A stretch of 33,602 nt of DNA from Saprolegnia diclina VS20 (taxonomy: Eukaryota): assembly GCF_000281045.1 (NCBI RefSeq), contig NW_008246114.1, forward strand, positions 200,508 to 234,109, written 5' to 3'. A program made the translations under genes and the position numbers. The notes below the pieces were generated by a model that saw only the letters and a list, made by a program, of their open reading frames with translations, ran no database searches and was not told where the DNA came from. Each line of letters opens with the position of its first letter. Position 1 is the first letter of the stretch. Below, one piece after another: positions 25,535-33,602 of this stretch.

Positions 25535-26416
25535 CTATTCGTAGTTGACTATCGCAATTCCCCAAATATTCTTGGCGGAATGTGATAATTACTTGTGGCG
25601 CGGCAGGGTATCGTAAAGAGTGGGCGACTTCGCTTGTTGAACGTGCGTGTATACACGCCAAAGCCCCGGTAAACGCGGAAAAGTGAGGTCATTTTGCCGT
25701 AAAGTGATCATTTTGACGGTACACTTGTGTGAATTATGGTACGCGTATGTGGTGCAACACCATGTCTCTGACTCGTTCCGTCTCCCTCGCCTGTTCCGTC
25801 TCCCTCGCCTGTTCAGTCTCCCTCGCCTCGTCCCCGTTCTGGTCTTCTCCATGCAGGTCCTGCGTGTCTTTTGTATTACGTGTCTATGACAATATTGACC
25901 AGCTCATCCATAACTACATAATTCACTCTCCAATTTGCATCACTGTGTTCAAGCCTCCTCTCAGGGCTTGGGTCTCAGCACGGCGGTGAAGCATACGTAC
26001 GAGCAGTTGATTGACGAGACACATCCTTGATCCCTCCTGGTAAGGCAGCTTGCTCAATGGCGTCCGTCGATACCGTCCACCACGGACTCCTCTTCCTCTC
26101 TCTTGGCTATTCGTAGTTGACTATCGCAATTCACCAAATATTCTTGGCGGAACGTGATAATTACTTGTGGCGCGGCAGGGTATCGTAAAGAGTGGCGACT
26201 TTGCTTGTTGAAAGTGCGTGTATACACAGTAAACGCGGAAAAGTGAGGTCATATTGCCGTAAAGTGATCATTTTGACGGTACACTTGTGTGAATTACGGT
26301 ACGCGTACGAGCAGTTGATCGACGAGACACATCCTTGATCCCTCCTGGTAAGGCAGCTTGCTCAATGGCGTCCGTCGATACCGTCCACCACGGACTCCTC
26401 TTCCTCTCTCTTGGCT
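25535..26416. repeat. Tandem duplication; the second copy carries an internal deletion (A-X-B then A'-B')
   Basis: 25535-25747 matches 26107-26307 with a few SNPs and 1-bp and 11-bp indels. 25996-26108 matches 26304-26416 with 1 SNP. Confidence 0.93.
25775..25828. repeat. 18-bp minisatellite x3 (GTTCCGTCTCCCTCGCCT)
   Basis: Three adjacent copies; the third has one substitution. Confidence 0.9.
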
Positions 26417-26544
26417 CAACCTTGACGCCCATCATCAATTCGACTTTGGAATCGATCCAGATTCAACTATCTAGTACCGAGTTAGAGACAAGTGGTTCAA
26501 TGGGTTAGAAACGCAACGCTCTGCTACCAGCAAGCGCCGCCAAC

Positions 26545-29500
26545 TTAGCTCATGCTGGCGCCGTGATCACGCGGACGGAGCTTCTTGTCGACTTTGGTGA
26601 GGTCGCCGACGTTGTCCGAGATGACGCCCGAGACCCCATGCATCTTTTGAAACTGCACCTTGTCATGGCCCGTGTTGTGGTTGCCCCACGTCCAGAGGTG
26701 CAAGTGGTCGTTGCGGATGTGGCGGATCCACTTGGGCTTGGTGAAGAGCGGGAGCGAGTTGGTCACAATGCCCTGGAGCTGCTCCATGCGGCTGAACGGG
26801 ACCGCCGTCTCGAGCGAGATGGTCCGCACATCAGGCACAAGCCCCGTGATCTAGCACAATGCTGTGGGTCCACAATGGAGACGAGAATACGTACGTCGGT
26901 GCCGCACGTAAGGAAGAAGACAGGGTACCGTGTCTGCTTGGCCCGGAGCAGGACGCACACGTCGGGCTCAAAGCATGAAAAGACAATGTTGCGCCGGCCG
27001 TTGGCGTGCTCGAAAATGCACGCAAGGATGTCGTCCAAGTACGCATTCATCTCGAACGCGTCGAGGCTCCGGAGGCATGGGGCGTCCGGCGGGTCCACTG
27101 GGTACTTGATTTCGACGTTGAGACCCACGTAGGGGGGTACGTGCGTCAGCAAGTTTTGCAGCGTCGGAAAGAGCTCCGAGAGCGCCGTCCAGTCGACCTT
27201 GGTCGTGGAAGGGGTCGTCGTCGTCGGCGGGGTACGGGGGGTACGGGTCGACTTGGTCGTCTTTGTCTTGACGAGCTTGAGCCAGTGCTTGCGCACGAGC
27301 TGCTGCAAGCGCGGACCGTCCGTGACCGACTTGCCGTGACGCCACTCGACGTTGTTCAACTGCGCGAGCGTCAAGTCATGGAGCCCCGTCTTCGTGAACG
27401 CCCCCGGCGACCGCCCGCGACGGTCTTCGAGCGCCGCCTTGAAGAAGAAGTCGTGGTACACCACCGGGACGCGGTCCTTGGACAGTTGCACGTCGAACTC
27501 GATCCAGTCGGCGCCGTGGAGGCCAGCAACGACAAAGGACGTGAGCGTATTTTCGCGAATGTGCGACGTACGATACCCGAGTGCCTAGTTCAACATCATA
27601 AATGCGTTAAAAACTATAAAATCAAAACGAAACAAGAAGGCGAGCGCTACCTGGTAGTACGATCGACCGAGGCCGCGGTGGCCCATGTCGAGCGCCGGGC
27701 CGTGCAGCCATTGCGTGCGGAACGCCGATGCGAGCGTGTTGTCCTTGTGCACAAATGGCTTGAGGTGCAGATACCGCAAGAGCAATTCGCCGACGACTAC
27801 GCCCGCACAAATGACAAGTTGTCCATGATGGAGCGTTATACAAGTACCCGAAAACGACGGCGACAGCAACGGTGCTGAGAGCGCGCCGTTGGTGCGGTGG
27901 AGCTGGGACGCCACGAGCACACTCGTGCCAAGCACAGAGTCCGTGGTCACATCGACCACATCAATGGCCACCGACGCCGACGCCGGCAAATGCCCGAGAC
28001 GAAACACCTAGCTTCTCATCAGGTCGATATACCTCAATGGCGACAGCGTACCTGCAGCGTGTCTTGGGCCACGAACGGCGTCTTGCGCGACGGTGTAGTC
28101 GTCAAAAGCGGCAGCCCCGACGCGACCACGTCGGCGTGCGCTGCCAGCAGCGACATCGCGTCAAGTCCGTGCGCGGCCATGACTGCGGCAAAGTCGTCAC
28201 GGTGCAGACGCAAGAGCGTCACCGCGCCCTTGGCGACGACCTGCGCACTGCGGTTCGCGCCGCTCACGAGGGCCTACGCTGACACTGAGCACAAGCAACG
28301 GCACCATATCGCCGCACCAGTTCGCCCAGGTACGCGCCCGGCCCGAGCTCGAAGAAGGTAGCCGTGCCCTGCGTCGTCGTCGGGCCCTGGACGGCGACGA
28401 CACCCGCGTCGATCAGGATCAAGTGGTGGCGGTCTTGGCCAATCGAAAGAATCGGCTGCGTGTCCGCAAACGTGACGCGCTCGAGCTTGGCCGTGAGCTC
28501 GTGACGCACGTGCGTCGGCAGCGTCGTCAGAAGCGACACAACGTCGAGTCCTTTCGATAGCAACGTCGGGAGCGGCAGCGCATTGCCGAGAAGTTCGCGA
28601 TCCAAATGCGGCGTCGGCGTCGCGACGTCCACCGCGCGCAAATCCGCACAGTACGGTGCGTGGACAGTCGACGCCGATGGCTGCCCCAGGACGCGCGCTT
28701 GGAGGTAGATGGACCGCTGCACCTTGTCGGCAAAGGTCACGGACGGCTTCTTGTCAAAGCTACATGCTCGTCGTCAGAGTCGTCCCGATACAACACACTG
28801 TAACATCGTGTCCAATACAGGAAATATACAGAAAAATACAGGAAATCGACAGAAAAAAGATAGAGAAAGAACAGACCACGCACCTTCCAAAGACGAGGCG
28901 GAGCTCGGGCGCCGCACCCGGCGCGAGCCATTGCCCCTACATACCCAGCATGCATGAGACAAAATGGTAGTCGGATCGGAAGGCGTACGTCGATGTGGGA
29001 CTGGCCATCGCCGAGCAACCGGTTGTCCAAGCCAAACCACCCATCGAGGATCTACGCCTTAGATTAGCACCGCAGTAGTGCGCGTCGTATACATACCGGC
29101 GGCGCCAAATGCGCTGGCGTAAACGCTTGGAGCTGTGCAAACTGCAAACTCGTGTGCGCAGCTTCGTGCTGCACGCGAATGTACCGCGCACTGGTCGTCA
29201 ATGGCCACTCAAACTGCGTCGCCGCCGAGGCAAACCTAGTCCCATAAGGCTACCATTGGCCATGGACTAGAACAAGAAGAGCAATGTCTACCGCATCGAT
29301 GCCAGCGCTTGCTTCTTCGCCGCGTCCAACGACAGATTGGCGAACGGCGTGTCGGAGAGTAGCACCCACACCGGCACGAGGCGGTCCAAGAACATGTCTT
29401 GGCGGTTCCAGAGCACGAGCTTGGTGAGCGGCGTGCTCTAAAGCGTAGGTAGTACAAGGTTGCAGCATTAGTCCAAGGCCATACCGCGAGCAGGTCGACT

Positions 29501-30139
29501 TGCCAGTACGGCTGGTCTTGCACGGTCGTGCGACAGCACATGTGCTCGAAATGGCCGCTCGTGTTGCCGTTGACGGCCAGCTCCGGCACGCGGGGGCCCG
29601 GCACTAGTCAGCGTCGTCAGTAGCATCAGAACGTCAAGGCTAGGCGCGGATGTACATACCCGGTCCCGCGGGCGCCACAAAGATCGAGCTTTGCGTGACC
29701 GGTTTGTGCCTACGCGCGCCACGTCGCATCTGTACATAGTCGACAGCAAGAGCTTACAGCGCCACGTTGGTCCCGCCGGCGACGCGCGTGCGGTTGCCAG
29801 GCAACGACTCCCAGAGCACAAGGGCACCGGAGCGGTCCAGCACAATGTACTTGTACTCGATCAGCGCGTACATGGCGACCTCGAGAGTCGCCTCCCAGAG
29901 CGTCGATGCGCCAGCGTGCTTCTTGAGCGGAACTAGAGAAAGCATGAGCGCGGCGATTGCCTGGCGGCGTCGCATTACCCGCTTTGGCCACGTCCCATGC
30001 GCCGAGCTCTAAGCAGGACGATGAGATGCTGCGTGGACGACGAGAGGAGCGTACCCGAGACGTTGCCGACGACGGCGACGTAGCGGTCGTCGGCGGTGAG
30101 CGGCGCCGCCGTGTGGATCTGGAAGAGGACCGCGGCCAT
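26545..30139 (-). CDS. GPCPD1: GPCPD1/GDE5-like glycerophosphocholine phosphodiesterase: CBM20, inserted F-type lectin-like domain, inserted cNMP-binding domain, GDPD catalytic domain
   Basis: CBM20: VAVVGNVSELGAWDVAKAVPL...W...IEYKY...WESLPGNRT. F-lectin: NVALHKPVTQSS...LAVNGNT...QPYWQVDL...LWNRQDMFLDRL...RYIRVQ...LQFAQLQAF. cNMP: LERVTF...LIDAGVVAV...GAYLGELALVSGANRSAQVVA...DDF. GDPD: DMGHRGLG, RENTLTSF, GADWIEFDVQLSKDRVPVVYHD, PTLQNLL, GLNVEIKYP, IVFSCFEPD, LWTWG, GVISD. All junctions splice in frame with GT-AG introns. Confidence 0.88.
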
Positions 30140-30202
30140 GGCTCGATCAAGTTGACGAAACGTCAGTGGCCGAAAGATTTGCGCCCGGCGAGCGCCCCAC
30201 GG

Positions 30203-30266
30203 ATTGGTCAAAAATCGTCCTGTGTTTTCATTGGTGCAAAATCAGATTCGCATGCACGCGGATTGG
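30203..30266 (-). promoter_or_regulatory. Three CCAAT boxes upstream of the GPCPD1-like gene
   Basis: ATTGGT at 30203, 30230 and 30262 (spacing 27 and 32 bp). The first two extend to ATTGGTCAAAAATC and ATTGGTGCAAAATC. Confidence 0.6.
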
Positions 30267-31062
30267 TGCGTTGCGTGGCGCAAGGACGTGACACATCCCA
30301 CGTCGCTTGGTGCGGCCAAGGGTCCCTTATCCGCAGACCTTTGCCGAGAGATACCTCTAGCGTCCAAGCTCTAGAGATCGCTCGAGTCGGCTTGATGTAG
30401 ATTCAAACAAGGTAGCGAGATGTAGCCTTAGTGTGGCCATAGCCGCCTGTCTAGCGTCCGAGGAGCCACCTCGTCTCTGCAGCTTCAACGTCCACGATGC
30501 AAACCTTTATTGAAGCAGGCAACTCTGCGTAATGGTTAGCCGTGTGAGTCACGCGAAAAGCACGTTCTGCGAACGTACTCTGGTATCCACACTTTTGCGG
30601 ACAACAAGGACAGACCCCAGAGGGGTGGCTCAGCACCAGTGGACAGACCCAAGGAGAAATTAGGTTGGCGCAAGAACAACCCTACGATTAGGACCTTGTC
30701 GGCGCTCACACGAGCCGTCTATCCATAGGCGCGTCTTGAAGGACCCGAACATCGTCCTGTTGTATCATTGCGCGCTTGCCTTCCCAGCAATCACATCGTC
30801 GACCATTGTCACTACGTCTCTAAGAAGCCGCGCAGCAAACTCGGGCATCAAACCAGCGTTTAAACCGCTAAATGTAAGGTCGTTTACGACGGTAGAACAC
30901 CAATGGCCAATCAAACGAATTGAGAATGTCAACCCTGCACATGTAGGCATCTATCGTGCATCGTATATGACAGCGTACTATCGATAACTTTAGTGTAGAA
31001 CTGCACCCAATGCCAGCTCGATCCAACGTCTCGTTCGGTGGCGCGCCAAACGTTTGCATTTG

Positions 31063-31101
31063 ATTGGCTGCCGCGCACGTCGGTTTTCAAACGCAGCCAA
31101 T
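31063..31101. promoter_or_regulatory. Inverted pair of CCAAT boxes upstream of the Rab gene
   Basis: TGATTGGCTG (ATTGG at 31063) and CAGCCAATC (CCAAT at 31097), about 115-150 nt before the ATG at 31214. Confidence 0.6.
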
Positions 31102-31213
31102 CCGCGTGCGCCATTTCCGTTCAAGGCGCCATTTTGACACGGGACGCTGGATCCATGGCCCGAAATAGACAAAAAAGCGCGCTCGACAGTGCAAGTTTTG
31201 ATTTCGCGCTTCG

Positions 31214-32425
31214 ATGGCCACACCGTCTCCGACCCACGCACCCCTTGACATTGTCACGCCGGCGACGACGACGCCGACGCTGTCGTATACGGCGGTCGAG
31301 GCAACGCCGCCGCCACTTCAAACCCGTCCGTCACTCACATTGGACGACGTGGCGGCAAGCATCACCAAGTTTGTGTCCAAGATCAACCTCTTGCCGGATG
31401 TGCCGCCGACGCCCAAGGAATTTCTTACGAAATTCTACACGGAGCGGAATCTGCCCGAGAAGCTCAAAGACATCGATGCACTCGTGACGTACTACCAAGA
31501 CGGGCGCATGCATTGGCTCTACGTCGAGCTCGACAAAAAGTACGAGATTGTACATATTGTCCTCCTCATGGGACCATCTTGCATTCTGTAGCTACGGTAC
31601 CAACTTTGTCGCCAACCCGCCGTGCCGCGAAGTGCCGCGTCGCCAAGCGTCGCTTGTCGCGCCGGTCGTGGCCGTCCCAGCCAAACCATCCGTCAACAAA
31701 GGTTTGCAATCGAAATAGCAACTATCACGGTGAACTACACTCCGCCTATAGTGATTCTATTGGGCAACTCGGGGGTCGGCAAGACCAATCTGCTCAGCCG
31801 CCTCAACAAGGGCGAGTTCAGCACCGACTTTGCGTCGACCATTGGCGTCGAGTTTCTCACGCATGTGATGGAGATTGACGGCACGAGCGTCAAGGCGCAG
31901 ATCTGGGACACGGCCGGTGAGCCCTTGTCGCCGGTTCAATACCGCTCACGCGATATATTTTGTAGGCCAGGAGCGGTTCCATGCCATGATGGGCACCTAC
32001 TATCGCAAGGCCGTCGGCGCCCTCCTTGTCTTTGACGTGAGCGACCCCGTTTCGTTTGAAGGCATCCAGCGCTGGCTGGACCAGCTCCTTCAGGTACCGA
32101 GTCGGTTTGAAATATAGCCTCTCACTAACGGGGGTAGGTGGCCGAGCCCGGCCTCGCCGCCGTGTTGGTCGGCAACAAGGCGGACGTCGAGCCGAGCAAG
32201 CGCATGGTGTCGATGGCCGAGGCGCAGCGATTCGCGACCGCCCACCACATGAACTACATTGAAACATCGGCGAAAACGGGCGCCAATGTCGACCGCGCGT
32301 TCCGCGATTTGCTCACGACCGTGCACCGGACACAGTCGCTTTCCCTCGAGAGCCGCGGTCGCACGCTGTCGGGACTTGATCTCACAGCGCCAACGCACAC
32401 TACATCGTCGACCGACTGCTGCTAA
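31214..32425 (+). CDS. Rab11-like small GTPase with an N-terminal extension of about 140 aa (5 exons)
   Basis: G1 [59 protein letters not shown], and a C-terminal CC prenylation motif. Exon 1 (31214-31539) and exon 2 (31592-31701) splice in frame into ...SVNKVILLG. Confidence 0.88.
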
Positions 32426-33009
32426 AGGCCTTCGTCGGAGGCGATACGCTCGTATCGAGAACACTATCTTTTTACACCCATAAATTTATTGAAAAATCAT
32501 CTTTTCATTCTCTACAACGAGCTGGTATGCGCACAGCTTGGCTCTACTCCAGGGTATTCGTTCACATCGTTATGCATCTGGCCCCATTTGACGCAAAGCG
32601 GTCGAAAAGCGGCCGAGGTTGGTCACGAAGAATCGTGATATTTGGATGGAGAAACTCACATCTACAATAGCAATTTCTGGGCAGTTAGGATCGCGAGCGT
32701 CAGGTATAGTCGAAGGGCTTGACAAGAAAACGACCACATTTGAAATGGTGCGTACACAAGCAGAGCTACACGTGCAACCGTGCATGTGCCTCTACTACTG
32801 CACCCTCCAGTCTTTTCTAGTACTAGTACAGAAGGGTCTGCCGCTGCCATTCGAGATGCTGTTGTCGGTCGCCACCTTGCAAGACCGCCTCCCTTCACTT
32901 TGCACTTTGCTCATTTTGCAGAGGAAGATCGCTCCTGCTCATGGTATGAAAACCCCATCTTTGAGTCTTAATTTCTCGGCCCATAAGTCTCGACCGATCG
33001 AGTGACATA

Positions 33010-33566
33010 CAGTCGAACCTGTCTATATGCATATCCCGAGACTCAATAATCCTCTTGGGTGTGATATATCACCTATTGTATTTTTTTGTTCACCGAGCGT
33101 AATTAAATCAACGTGGTTTGCCGATGGCGAAGCAGAAGGCGCCCAAGTCGCGCGCCGCGGCGAAGGACGCTGCTAAGAAGATGAGATCGTCGCCCAACGT
33201 CTATGACATAACCAAAATCCTCGACTTCTACCATGCAAACGGCTGTAACCAGACGCGCACGGCCACGTACTTCAACGCCAACGGTTTTCCCAACATTAGC
33301 CAAACCACCGTCTCGCGCATGGTCCGCGACGAAGCCCGATGGCGCACTATGGCTGAGAAGACTGTCTGTCTCGAGGTTGTTCGCGAACGTCCCGTGCGCT
33401 ACGTCGACGACGAAGATGCCTGATGGACAAATAGATAGCTGGCGCGCGAATGTAGTTTTGATCACAACGAAAAAAATTATACCCGAGCCAAATATGTTTA
33501 CCTTCCACAAATAATAAGCCTCTCGGATGCATAAATATCCACTATGCGTATAGGCAGTTTCGACTG
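33010..33566 (+). mobile_element. Non-autonomous, internally deleted pogo/Tc5-like (Tc1/mariner superfamily) DNA transposon, 557 bp
   Basis: 24-bp TIRs: CAGTCGAACCTGTCTATATGCATA (33010-33033) versus the reverse complement of 33543-33566, CAGTCGAAACTGCCTATACGCATA (21/24 match). TA flanks both ends (33008-33009 and 33567-33568). Contains a transposase N-terminal fragment. Confidence 0.9.
33124..33423 (+). pseudogene. Truncated pogo/CENP-B-type transposase (N-terminal HTH DNA-binding region only)
   Basis: KILDFYHANGCNQTRTATYFNANGFPNISQTTVSRMVRDEARWR resembles the first HTH of CENP-B/pogo transposases. The ORF stops at the start of the expected second HTH (RPVRYVDDEDA*), and there is no DDE domain before the right TIR. 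Confidence 0.75.
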
Positions 33567-33602
33567 TAGCGCGTTGTGATCTCCAAAGTGTCGTCTCTCG
33601 AC

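Noticed and set aside
25535..26416. Direct repeats read as LTRs or a CRISPR-like array
   Set aside because: No TG...CA ends, primer-binding site or retroelement ORF; no regular repeat-spacer pattern; eukaryotic context.
1..32425. FYVE, myosin, GPCPD1 and Rab11-like genes as one functional membrane-trafficking cluster
   Set aside because: The shared theme is suggestive, but adjacency in a gene-dense eukaryotic genome is not evidence; orientations are mixed and promoter types differ.
32570..33005. Possible gene fragment downstream of the Rab gene
   Set aside because: Reading frames are interrupted and I could not identify a family.
1..33602. tRNA, rRNA or prokaryotic operon features
   Set aside because: None recognised by eye; a covariance-model scan would be needed to exclude small ncRNAs.

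Overview
Eukaryotic, intron-rich genomic DNA. Most introns are short (about 45-65 nt), GT-AG, often starting GTAC/GTAT. Gene content and promoter motifs point to an oomycete, probably Saprolegniales (inference). Gene models were spliced by hand from the sequence. Left to right: (1) a head-to-tail array of at least five minus-strand paralogs encoding a START-like lipid-binding domain plus a degenerate FYVE-type zinc finger (1-12029); (2) one long minus-strand WD40 + coiled-coil gene (13286-20743); (3) a divergently transcribed myosin heavy chain (21448-25394); (4) a recent A-X-B/A'-B' tandem duplication (25535-26416); (5) a GPCPD1/GDE5-type glycerophosphodiester phosphodiesterase carrying two extra inserted domains, an F-type lectin-like domain and a cyclic-nucleotide-binding domain (26545-30139); (6) a Rab11-like GTPase with a long N-terminal extension (31214-32425); (7) a 557-bp internally deleted pogo/Tc5-like DNA transposon with both TIRs and a TA target-site duplication (33010-33566). 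The best novelty candidate is the CBM20 / F-lectin / cNMP-binding / GDPD enzyme.
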